64,000 nt of DNA from Cirrosporium novae-zelandiae (lineage: Eukaryota). Every line of letters starts with the position of its first letter. Position 1 is the first letter of the stretch. Shown one piece after another: positions 12,310-23,165 of this stretch. The translations under genes were made by a program, and so were the position numbers. The DNA lies in assembly GCA_026023565.1 (NCBI GenBank), contig JAPETS010000042.1:62001-126000 (forward strand). The letters run 5' to 3'. A model generated the notes under the pieces. That model ran no database searches. It was not told where the DNA came from and saw nothing but the letters and a program-made list of their open reading frames with translations.

Positions 12310-13641
12310 ATGGATCCATTTCGTTACCTTCCCAAGGTAATATACCCGCTCCAGAAGACGACAGAGAGTCAGCTGCTGCAGCTCTGCCAAGAGCTCTGGT
12401 CGTGGCCATCCTGCGAAAATTGCCATAATACTGGGAACTGCGAAACAAATAACTGTCCCTGGAAACGATCAACACAACTTATGCGATTCTTTAAATACTA
12501 CAAAGATCTGTGCGCATCTTATCATTCGGATTCAGCAACCGACAAAAAGGCTGCTTTGCAATCACACGATAACCTTTTTGGCGCAATCAGGAAGTTGAAA
12601 TCAGACCCGCATATTTCTCGTGCCGAGCTCAAACATAGATTGTTTGGAAACAGGCCCGATGAACAACAGGCTTCTGTGCTTGACCAAGATCGTGCCATCA
12701 ACCTTGCTCTGAAAGTGATATTTATGGTCAATTGCGGTGCACAAAGCCCCGAACTTGACATCCTAGAACAAGGGGCATATCATGTTCGCTGGAAAGATGA
12801 TATCAGTTTCAAGCAATACGTCACGGATATATTCCCCACGACGGATTATCCTATTATTAACGACGATAACGAGGGTCCATTATTGGACTTAAAGACAGCG
12901 CTAACAGCAATAAAACTGACGAAACATGCTGGCCTAAAGTTTCAACCCACAGATGACCTTAGAAGGCACTTGAGATTGGATCGAAAGAACGGTATCGTTG
13001 AAATATTTCACCACACAGCATTTCTCAAAGAATATCTGAGACTCACCATCGGAAAATCGCACAATAGACCCAGCGCGGATTATCTCGAGCTGTAAGTAAA
13101 ATGCTTTCTCTAAGTTCAAAAAGGGGAAGACTATTACAAACCTCAAGCCTCGTTCATCAGTCCTTCGAAGTTATACTTTAGAGCAAGAACTAACACCCAC
13201 ACTCTTTAAAAATCCAGTGGTATGCTCCCTCGACAACTCGCATTAGAGTGCCTCGATTCACTTCAAAAAGTCATCTTCCCTGCTACATGCCACAAGTCCC
13301 TCAACCTACTTATTTCTTTAACGACCAATTCCTCATTTGATCCTAACTGCCTTGAATTTAATTCTATCGAAATCCGCACCCCCGATGAACGAAATATATC
13401 ATATCGCTATTTTGGTACACGCTTGATAGAATTGTACTCGGAATTGGAGAATCCAACGCCACGCGGGCGGCTCGAAAAATGGTTACAACGCAGAAGTGGA
13501 GCGAGGTATGCCATGCTAGCAACGGTCATCGGAGTGGCAATAGCCGTGTTGCTAGGGATGGCAAGCTTAGCAGTTGGGGTATATCAAGCATGGATTGCGT
13601 ATCAGCAATGGCAGCACCCATTAGGAAGTGAAAAATGTTAA
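12310..13641 (+). CDS. Uncharacterised 401-aa protein with N-terminal Cys cluster and C-terminal transmembrane segment
   Basis: Exons 12310-13091 and 13218-13641 (intron GTAAGT...CTAAC...CAG). CENCHNTGNCETNNC cluster; LTAIKLTKHAGLKFQPTDDLRRHLRL...IFHHTAFL block; hydrophobic YAMLATVIGVAIAVLLGMASLAVGVYQAW tail. Confidence 0.8.
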
Positions 13642-14345
13642 GTCCGCTGTTAGCCTTGAGGAATTCCAGGGATATGAAGCAGTGGGACTGATCTGCTATA
13701 CTAGAGCTATTTGCTATGTCTGGATGAGATCTGTGATTATAATTTGAGTGTTGGGACTCAGGGATATATATGTCGGAGTTGATTGTAAAGGAAACGTCCG
13801 CATTTGCGATCATGACACATTCCGGTAAAGGTGCAGCCGAATATAACCATTCAAATGTAGGATATTATCACTGTATCAGTTTCAAAGAGAATGAGAAAAT
13901 AGATGATATCTAAGACCTGCGGAATGAAGTGGTTAGGTTTAAGTTGGAACTTAGCTTAGAAAGTATGAAAAGTATAAATTACACAACACAACGAGTTACA
14001 ACCAACGTACAGTACCTTACAATCATTAGCTCGATCGCGGAGGGAATTCGGACCAATTCAAAGCCGAGCAATTAATTAATTATCGAACTGAACCAGATTG
14101 AATCGAGGAAGTTCCATTGTCCAACTTGTGTCAACAATATTCATATTCATTCATTCATTCACTCATTAATTATTAGCCCAATCATCATATCACTACATAG
14201 ACTTCTAACTCCAACTTATCTTCCAACTTTCTCCCAAGCCTATATTCCAAATCCCTGAGCTCCAGTCTTAGTTATTTACTCTGGTTAGAATTTCAAACCA
14301 CTCCAACCAAGTAAAATGGATTAAAGTTCAGGGAGCGATATACTA

Positions 14346-16538
14346 TCAACCAAGTCTCACATGTCTTCTCTTTGGCTTTGCATTGTCGAAATCGGCATCT
14401 AGCTCTAGGTATAACCTGACCTTTGTAACTCTATATTCGACATCCTCAATTTTCTTTATCAGGAGCATATAATAACGGTACCGAAACGGGCTATCAGGCG
14501 TGACCTTGTACTTGAGCCTCTCGACAATCAAAAAATCATAGATGCCAGGTCGCAGAGTATTATTGTGCAGGAAATCCCGTTCTCCGATGCAGCCAAGCAG
14601 GTATTCCGTTCCAGGAACATATGCCTCTGTAAAAGGATCCGCTTTGATCTCTAATGTCACAGTCGTAGACTCAATTACAATAATCTTGTCTTCGACACCT
14701 AGAACCCGGACCGTAAGATCCGATGTCGGTTCCAAAACCCTCCTCTGTTCCTGCAGAGATAGTGGTGATGAATAGCGAACCTGTCCTTCCCAGCCAGCCC
14801 ACGACCAGCTTGGAAACCCCAGCCGCCGCTTCGGCTTCACGTTTCGCCCGTGGAACCATCTTAGCGAGTTTGGGAAATTCTGGAGCGGCATACCCCATAT
14901 GAAATCCATCGGTGGATAGAAGCTGCAAAGACGTGATAAAATTCCGAGACAAGCATTTAGCGAGTCATGCTCATATGACATTTGACGGTTCGTGTATTCA
15001 TCTAGAAACATTTCGAAGTCGGCAGAGCCGATACGGAGTCTATCTTCGAGAGACTTAATATTGGTGCAACTTGGTGGGGATTTCCCTAGTTTCAGCTTGT
15101 CGGTCGGGGCTATCAAGGTCTCTGCTTGTCGGTAGTCTAGGTCTGGATTAAAAACCTCGGGATGGAAGTCTTGCAAGACCCTATCAGGGTCGAGGTGTTC
15201 GTCGATGGATTCGGAGTAATGCGCTGTATTGCACGCAAAGTACACCTGGTGTTTAGTGAATATGATGCGGCGACATGATAGAAACCCTTCTTGATAGGTC
15301 CATGCACGAGACATCCAGCGCGACAAACTGAATTCATGCTCAATCGTTGGCAATATTGTCAGTAGAGTCTTTCCATTAATTTTTTCTTTGCCTTGTGAAA
15401 TCCGCAGGTTATTCATAGAAACCCCAGGCAGGCCAGCATTGCCATTATCGCCATGAAGAGCAACTATAGTTGCATATGCATTGCTATATATAATGTCCAT
15501 GATCTTGAGTTGATAGGCTTGAGAATCAGTGGGCGTCTGATCTACACATAGTGCATCTACCCATAAATACTGTTTGCCCAGTCCCTTGGTAACCTTGATT
15601 GCATCCTCAATAGTCTGAGGAAGTTTTTCAAACTTGAGAGAGACATCTTCGGGTTTTACTTCACCCCACACGTAGCTAAGAGCGACATATTCGCAATGAG
15701 CTGGATATGGAACGACTCGGCGAGAGAGGATATCAATCACCCGGCTTGAAAGGAGTTTCTCAGACCAAGAATTTCGACATCCTGGTCCATGGTGTGCAAT
15801 GCAACCATCTACCCAGTTACGCAGAAGATCATAATTAATCAAAGATGGCACAGGTCGTGCATTGAGTGCTGGTCTAGAAGCTGGAGCGTCAAATGTTGCC
15901 AACGATATAGCATCCAAAACTCGGTTAGCTCTTCCTTGAAGTTTTTTGACAAAGAAATTGCCTGGGCCTTCGATTGAAACTTCAATCGCAAAGTAGAGAG
16001 CATAGGATGACTTGAAATCTCTTCGTACAGGCGATGCAATTAGTATCTGGTCGTAGCTCCAAAATGGTTTGAGCCAAACTCCTTTTGGATTCAAATGTTG
16101 AATATCTGTAAATTGAACTCCAGGAGGAATGGCGTCCTTTGGGAATATTTCAAATATCAGTCGACATAGAGGGCAATTGACCCTGAGTTGAATACGATGT
16201 AAATTACCAAGAGATAGGCCCTTTTTTGATTCGCGTACAAACATTTCCTTCATTTCAGCCACTCCAATCCCGCGGGTGTTGCGGATAATATAGTCATCAC
16301 GGTCCTGTTCGTTGAGCGGACGTGCTGTGGCGAAGACATTCAAGATATCAAATTTTGCACATCTCTCACAGAGATAGTCATCCTCATTTCGTAGTGCCTT
16401 GATAAGATCCGTCTCTGCTGCTTCATCGAAAAACGAACTCTCTGGCTGTTTCCCTGGGGTAGCAGCCCATCGTGGACAAAATTGTGTCTCATGTCCTGAT
16501 TTCCGACAGAAAATGCAAAGATACAAACTTTGACACAT
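14346..16538 (-). CDS. HET-domain (heterokaryon incompatibility) protein with N-terminal CCHC zinc knuckle
   Basis: Intronless 730 aa. HET blocks YVALSYVWG, LPQTIEDAI, YLWVDALCVDQ, MDIIYSNA, WMSRAWTYQE and downstream FPSWSWAGW. N-terminus CIFCRKSGHETQFC. Confidence 0.92.
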   Translation of the reverse strand: MCQSLYLCIFCRKSGHETQFCPRWAATPGKQPESSFFDEAAETDLIKALRNEDDYLCERCAKFDILNVFATARPLNEQDRDDYIIRNTRGIGVAEMKEMFVRESKKGLSLGNLHRIQLRVNCPLCRLIFEIFPKDAIPPGVQFTDIQHLNPKGVWLKPFWSYDQILIASPVRRDFKSSYALYFAIEVSIEGPGNFFVKKLQGRANRVLDAISLATFDAPASRPALNARPVPSLINYDLLRNWVDGCIAHHGPGCRNSWSEKLLSSRVIDILSRRVVPYPAHCEYVALSYVWGEVKPEDVSLKFEKLPQTIEDAIKVTKGLGKQYLWVDALCVDQTPTDSQAYQLKIMDIIYSNAYATIVALHGDNGNAGLPGVSMNNLRISQGKEKINGKTLLTILPTIEHEFSLSRWMSRAWTYQEGFLSCRRIIFTKHQVYFACNTAHYSESIDEHLDPDRVLQDFHPEVFNPDLDYRQAETLIAPTDKLKLGKSPPSCTNIKSLEDRLRIGSADFEMFLDEYTNRQMSYEHDSLNACLGILSRLCSFYPPMDFIWGMPLQNFPNSLRWFHGRNVKPKRRLGFPSWSWAGWEGQVRYSSPLSLQEQRRVLEPTSDLTVRVLGVEDKIIVIESTTVTLEIKADPFTEAYVPGTEYLLGCIGERDFLHNNTLRPGIYDFLIVERLKYKVTPDSPFRYRYYMLLIKKIEDVEYRVTKVRLYLELDADFDNAKPKRRHVRLG

Positions 16539-16856
16539 GGGATTATCATGAGGGTTATAAAATATTATACAGTTGAAAGCTGAGAGGTTGTTAGAAGGCT
16601 ATATAATTAATAGCTATTGGCGCTGGTGTCATTGCGGGAACATCCCCTCCAAACAACAGACTAATACTTAGCACTACTGTAATTTATGTAATTTATAATT
16701 ACACAATATCAATATTTCCAGAATGCGGTATAATTAGTTTAAGATAACGTTAATACTCGTAAAGCAAAAACCAATCCAAGACCCATGTTTAGTCATCTTA
16801 ACTCGAATAAAACCAACCTCGCCCATCTCTTGAGGATACAAAATCCAACCATCCCA

Positions 16857-18334
16857 CTAACGACGAAACATCTGTCGTAGCGCTCTATAAGAAGGTTTCC
16901 TCTTGTTCATCCTCTTTACAGTCGTCTCTGCAGTCGTCTCTGCAGTCATATCGCCGGTTTCAGCCGTTTCAACCCTATCAGCCCTAACACACACATCTCT
17001 CAATCTTTCCCTGGAATTTTGACAGTACACCTTATGCCTCGGTCTTGCTGCTGGTCTTGAAGGATCCAAATCATAAAACCCAGGTCTCTTCCATAGTCCC
17101 ACAGCTTTAGCTCTCTCATTTGCCATCTCCTGAATGTAGTAATTCTCAATGCTACAAGGGAATAGCGCGTCGGATGAGTAGATCGAGCGACGGGGGGCCG
17201 CATACTTCAGTTTGGACTTCATCGCAATTTTAAAGGAGATATACCACCATTCATCCTCGCCCCATTTCTCGAGTTTACTAGGTGGCCTTGGATCCCGAAT
17301 ATATGCCCACTTCCGGAAGGCTTTAACTTGTTGAGACTGAGTTTCGTATATCATAGGTGGACAGCCTTTCCCGGTTGAAAACGCTTCATCGTATACTTTT
17401 ATGGGTGAAGGGGGTAGGCGTTTTTCTCTATCAGGGGTCCTATTATTTGGACAGTGGACATGCACGAATAAATCCTTGAGCTGACCTCGAGGCAGTCGCG
17501 CGCGAAGATTTTGTTGCTCCAAGAAGGCATCGGTAGCGCTGAAATAGCCTCCGGATAGCGCTGATTCTCGTTGGTCTTCAAGGTGGACATGAAACTCAGG
17601 GGGACTGGGCGGAGTAAGTATGATGCTAGGGACTAAAGAAGGACTTTTCGCTCGTTCCTTTCCTTTGAGGGTGGTAGTATTTTCAGTCGGACCTAGACTA
17701 GGTTCTTCATCTGGCTCGATCATCCAATCTTCCTCCTCGGGTATAGTTGGGCAGCCAACTTTAGAGACGTCAACAGCCTTGGGGTCAGAAGTTGCGTTTC
17801 AAAGTGCATCTTTCGAGGGTGTATACCTTGCGGGCCATCCATTCTGTAAATTGCTTCGGGCAAATTTTCGTTCTCATTTCCAACGGGGTCGGTTTCGTCA
17901 GAGATTCGTGGCGTCTCATTAGACCTTACCTCATGGACTTCCATTTCCCTCTTTTTCTTTTTATGCGCAGCATTTCCCTGTTGATCCAGACATCTTGTTT
18001 CATACTGATATCCAATTGCATTATTATACCTAATAGCGAACCCATTCCAATACCGTTCTTGTCTTGTAAAAATGGCATATTCTCTCTCATTCATATGGAG
18101 TGGAGAAGAATTGGATAGCGGTTTGTTGGGGGCTACATCTCTCAAGTATTGGTTGCCATCTCGGTAGGCCTCTGGGTAGACCTCTGGGTGGGCTTCTGGG
18201 TAGGGATACTCGTTTGTAATAGCCCACCTTTTCCGGGGCCTGTATGACCTTTCGTCCTTCTTGCTTGGAACTCCGAGGAACCGATTCTCCTTTTCATGAT
18301 CCGAATCATACTCTGAATAACGTGTTGGATGCAT
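16857..18334 (-). CDS. Hypothetical protein (two adjacent ORFs, probably one spliced or frameshifted gene)
   Basis: ORFs 18334-17720 and 17723-16857. The second frame stays open upstream to 17798 and a GTATAC donor lies near 17826. Short 12-bp repeats encode YPEA and TAET. No recognisable domain. Confidence 0.45.
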
Positions 18335-18561
18335 AATTTAGTTATACTGGGCATGCTCTTATTGTTGACTTTAGTCCTGCTTACCTAGGTAACTAAGTGC
18401 CAACCACAATTGAAGAAGCCCTACTGGATATCACAGAAGACGCAAGAGCTACCTTGGGTGGCACTTGCGAGATGGAAAAGAGATGGCCAAAGAAGCTCCA
18501 AGTAAAATAAAAGGAAATTTGATTTTCATGTACAAGCCCCATAACTCTTCATTACCAAGTC

Positions 18562-20335
18562 CTAAACATCCTCCGCAGACTTCTCAGCTTCTTTGACATT
18601 TTCAACCCTTTGTTCAATGATCTTGTCTTCCCCAAGTTTCTCCGACTCAATTGTGGCTCTGTAAAGCTGGGCTACTGTGAGACCAGCCCTATGTGCTTCA
18701 TCATAGGATCTCCGCTTCGCCTTCGCGAACGTCGGTGTCTGTGGTCCAAACATCAACCCCATGTCCTCGAGTTCAACTCCTTTGGTCTCGGGGACGAATA
18801 AGTATGCAAAAAAGAATGCAACTACTGTGCATGCCGCAAAGAAAAAGAACATGCCATATTTGATGGACGCCTCCATGTATGGAAGAGAATACACAACAAT
18901 GAACTGCGCCAACCATTGCATGCATACCGAGCACATCATCCCCAGAGCTCTTGCACGTGTTGGTAAAACTTCGGCTGCAAATATCCAGGGAACACCATTC
19001 CATGAGAAGCCATAGAAGATAGCATACAGGTATATCATTGCAACCGCAGTATTTGCGCCACCGTCTTTCTTTGGGACGGCATTGAAGGAATTGCTGAGTT
19101 TTGCATAGATACCTAGGTAGAACATAGCGAAGCCAGCACCAATGGCCCCAATTAGGAGTGCTGGGCGGCGGCCGAAACGATCAACGATAAAGAGCATGAA
19201 GACAACTGTTGTGACCATTTTGACAATTCCATAGACTCCTGTTGCCATGAGACCGGTTGAGGTGCCTGTGAAGCCGATAGACTCAAAAATTGTTGGAGAG
19301 TAATAGTTGATTGCGTTGATACTAAAGGAGGTTAGCAGCTTCATCCAAATTCTAATATAAAGCGCTTGTTAGCTGTAGCTTACCCAGTTAGATTCTGCAG
19401 CAGCATCAAAAGCATTGAAATGATGATGCGGTTCCTGATGCTACTGTCACGGAATTCTCTGAACGTATAGATAACTGATGTCTTCCCTCCTGTAACTTCC
19501 AGCTCGCGGCTAATCTGACTGCGAATTTCGCCAACTTCCCTTTGGACGTATTCGTGATCGGGAGGCAAATTTCGTACCCAGGACAACGCTTTCAATGCTT
19601 CATCGTCCCTGTTCTTTGAAAGGAGCCATCGTGGTGATTCAATGTTGAAGGTCATAGTTATGAGGAGAAGCCCGGCAGGAATGAACTGTATCGCTACCGG
19701 GATATGCCATTGTTTGTTTCCTATTGGCGAAATGTTCTTCTGGACACCATAATTTACCCAAAACCCAAAGACCAGAGCAATCTGTAGCATTATTTCAAAG
19801 ATGCCAACCAATCGCCCACGGATGGCTGCTGGCGAACACTCCGCAATGTAAATAGGTAGAAGCATGGATGATGCACCAACACCCAGGCCGGTAAAGACAC
19901 GACCAGCGTATAGGAGCCCGAGAGTTCCAATCATCTGCAAGATAACGCCGATGATGAAAGCCAGTCCAGAACTGAAGATGACCCATTTTCGGCCAAAACG
20001 GTCAGAGGCTAGAGATGCAATTATTACTCCAAAGAAAGCACCACCTTGGAAGGTAGATACAATATTCGAAGAAAGATCAGTGGTTGCATCTGCATCAAGC
20101 CCATATTCGCGTTGAAATGAGGCCAGCTTCAAGGTACCGCCAATGAATGCCGAGTCATAGCCATACATTGCGGATGCCTATTTTGAGGAACAATCAACAC
20201 TAAACATGACTAAAAGTTGATATAGATACCACTTACCCATGTTGCAGAGAACGCAACGGCATATATTCTCCATCCATCAACCTCCTTAGGGACTGGGTTC
20301 TGGGGGTCTTCCTTGATGGCGAAGGGGTTCGGCAT
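18562..20335 (-). CDS. MFS sugar porter, quinate permease (QutD/QA-Y)-like
   Basis: Exons 20335-20237, 20177-19384 and 19321-18562. GYDSAFIG, DRFGRK, PIYIAECSP..IRGRL, ESPRWL, GINAINYYSPTIF, DRFGRR and VPETKG motifs. Confidence 0.9.
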
Positions 20336-20718
20336 CTTGATTGTGGTAGATTTCTTAAGACAGAAGTTAGTGATACAGTTGGGAGCTGTGGGAATCGGCG
20401 AACCCCATTTCCTCCTGTCTAGATTTATATGATATACTGGTCTTGGAACCAGCGTCATGCTGATTTGTGGATGGCTGGCAAGGGAGGCCGGGTATTTCTT
20501 CTTCCACTGGTACAAGGTAACTTCTCCACATCCGTAAAATTAGGGTAGATCCTCCACAAGTCCCCACAGAACCTTCTTGCCTCCCCCGCCGGTAATGGTG
20601 AACGGTAGCCTTGTTGTCATATTTATCAGTAGCATTAATTATTTCGATCCCGGAAATCAAAGTCAATTAGCTAGCCAAATCTTTTTACGTGTCCCGTTGT
20701 CAACAATCCTGGTCCACA

Positions 20719-21577
20719 ATGTCGTCCACTGTCCTCCAAACGCCTATTAACGATAGGCTCCAAAATCAAGTAGCCATCATCACAGGTGCTGGCGGTAATA
20801 TTGGCCTGGAAACGTCTAAGCGCTTTCTACTCGAAGGCGCTAAAGTCGTACTTGTTGATATCGACGAGAAACATTTGTTAGACGCAAAGGAAAAATTGCA
20901 CTCAAACATGTCCGAAACGGTACCTGTGGACGATTTTGTTCTCTACTTACAAGCCGATGTTACTTCCGAACCAGATGTAATGAGAGTCGTAGCTGAGACT
21001 GTTAAGCACTTTGGCCGTCTCGACTGTGCATTTCTGTGCGCAGGCATCTCATATCCATCTATAAGCATATTTGAGACTAGCGAGGACACCTATGATCGAG
21101 TTATGAGCATTAACTGCAAATCGGGTGTGTTCATGATTTCAATTTTATATGTCGCTCTTTCTAATGGGCATCACAGCATTTCTAGGTGTCAAACATGTAG
21201 CAGCAGCTATGCGAGACCTTAATTCAGGTGGGAGTATTATACTGGCTTCATCCATCGCTGGACTACGAGCAACTCCGGGATTGTCAACTTATTCCATGTC
21301 CAAATTTGCTTTACGAGGCTTGTGTCTCACCGCAGCAGCAGAACTTGGACAGTACGGGATTAGAGTCAACACGATACATCCGAGTGGAGTTAACACACCC
21401 ATGTTCTTGAGAACATGGCCAGAGGAGAAAATGAAAGAGTTGTTGACGTGTGTTCCCTTAGGAAGATGGGCTAACGTTGAAGATGTAGCCGCAGTTGTTG
21501 CATTTCTTGCTAGTAATGATTCTCAATTCATGACTGGTGGAGCACTGAAGATTGATGGAGGTGTAGTCAGTTCTTGA
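20719..21577 (+). CDS. Classical short-chain dehydrogenase/reductase
   Basis: TGAGGNIG, catalytic YSMSK, GIRVNTIHP and MTGGALKIDGG. Intron 21125..21176. Divergent from the permease. Confidence 0.88.
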
Positions 21578-22157
21578 ATTATCTAGATTTTGATTGTGTC
21601 ACTCGAGTCAGACCTAATTAAGCAGATTCCAAATATGTCACTCGAAATCTTGATGAGCAAGCAGATGCTTAGCAAGAAAATGGCGGGAAAGATATTGTCA
21701 GAATTAATATGAGATGATGTTTTGTGGGTGAATGGCTCATAAAGAGATTGCCGAAGATATTTCCGTGGTTTTGGTAATATTATTTTCCCCCACTCGACTT
21801 TTGGAACATGTGAAACGTCATCAATTTTGGGTGTGCGGAGATGGTGGGGTTGAACTTCCCTGTCTGTTCCCCAGATCTCGTTGATTGCTCAACAGCTTGC
21901 CATATATCCACATAGATATGTAATGCTGTGACCTGATTAATCAACATATACCTCATCCTCTCTACGTAATACACAGCAGAAATTAGAGATCCCTCCAGCA
22001 TTTCGTCTCAAGCGGGTAATTGCCACTCCCCCCGCACCTAGTCAGAGACCATCACCCGTCTTTTAAATCCCATGTTCTATAGCCCGCACCTCATTATATT
22101 ACGTGGCAGAAGATAAATCCTTTAGCAACAAAACTTTGGTAGTCGAATAATTGAAAC

Positions 22158-23165
22158 ATGGTACTTGATAACAAATTAGCGGTAGCTAGCCTTTCATTAG
22201 GATTGCATCCCTCACACACACTCGATGCGAAAATCAAGGCAGCTGCACATAATCACTTCAAAGCCATTGAAATTGTGTATTCCGACCTTGAAGCACATTC
22301 AACTGCACACTCACTGAACGTGGTTGATGGTGCCAGACAAATTGCAGATATCTGTGCCGAAAATGGACTCGAGATTCTATCATTGTGCCCGTTCATGGAC
22401 TTTGAGGGTTACAACTCTCCTCTATCACTAAGGCTAAACACTGCGCAGCACTGGATGGAGGTTTGTCGAGCCTTAGGAGCCACCTATTTCCAAGTGCCCT
22501 CACAATCTGACGACAACTCCATTGGAGATGAACATGTGATTGTGGAAGAACTTCGCCAGCTTGCAGACTTGGGTGCTGCTTCCGACGAACCACCCGTTTA
22601 CATTGCCTATGAGGCTCTTGCATGGGGAAAATATATAAATTTGTGGGAAGAGTCGTTGCATATTGTCGAAGCAGTGAACCGACCCAACTTTGGCGTCTGT
22701 TTGGATATATTCCATATTGCTGCCAAACTCTGGGGTGATAATCAGATCCCACAAGGCAAACTCCCCGACGGAGAGAAAGCACTTCAACAATCTCTCGATT
22801 TGTTGGTCAAGAAATGTCCTTTGGAAAAGCTCTACTATGTTCAACTTTCCGACGGTGAACTGTTTGATCCACCTCTGAGCCCCGAGCATCCTCTATGGAA
22901 AGAGGGCGAGCCTCCAGGATTAACATGGTCGCTGCATGCAAGGCCATTTCCACTTGAGACAGAATTAGGAGGGTATTTCCCCGTTGTGGAGATGACCAGA
23001 GCTGTCTTAAAAGGGCTAGGATACAAAGGATACATATCCTTGGAGGTCTTCGATCGAAGGATGAGGGAAGAAGCCAATGGACCAGAGCATGCGGCATCCA
23101 GAGGGTTCAATTCATGGCAAAATCTTATTAAAGCAGTTAAAAAGCAAGATGGCAATAAACTCTAG
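22158..23165 (+). CDS. Xylose-isomerase-like TIM barrel, 3-dehydroshikimate dehydratase (QutC/QA-4)-like
   Basis: Intronless 335 aa with AYEALAWG, NFGVCLDIFH, VQLSDG, WSLHARPFP.E...GGYFPV and GYISLEVF motifs. Confidence 0.8.
   Translation: MVLDNKLAVASLSLGLHPSHTLDAKIKAAAHNHFKAIEIVYSDLEAHSTAHSLNVVDGARQIADICAENGLEILSLCPFMDFEGYNSPLSLRLNTAQHWMEVCRALGATYFQVPSQSDDNSIGDEHVIVEELRQLADLGAASDEPPVYIAYEALAWGKYINLWEESLHIVEAVNRPNFGVCLDIFHIAAKLWGDNQIPQGKLPDGEKALQQSLDLLVKKCPLEKLYYVQLSDGELFDPPLSPEHPLWKEGEPPGLTWSLHARPFPLETELGGYFPVVEMTRAVLKGLGYKGYISLEVFDRRMREEANGPEHAASRGFNSWQNLIKAVKKQDGNKL

Noticed and set aside
12310..13641. Gasdermin as the protease partner
   Set aside because: It looks largely helical with a C-terminal TM helix, and I see no fungal gasdermin (RCD-1/HET-Q1) features.
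17720..17723. ATGA stop/start overlap between two ORFs, suggesting termination-reinitiation
   Set aside because: The downstream frame is open for another 25 codons upstream and a GTATAC donor with branch-like sites lies nearby. An intron or frameshift within one gene is more parsimonious.
7840..18561. Starship or other giant transposon carrying the accessory block
   Set aside because: No tyrosine-recombinase captain, transposase or boundary direct repeats are visible.
18562..23165. Canonical quinate (qut/qa) cluster
   Set aside because: Quinate dehydrogenase, catabolic dehydroquinase, activator and repressor are absent from the window.
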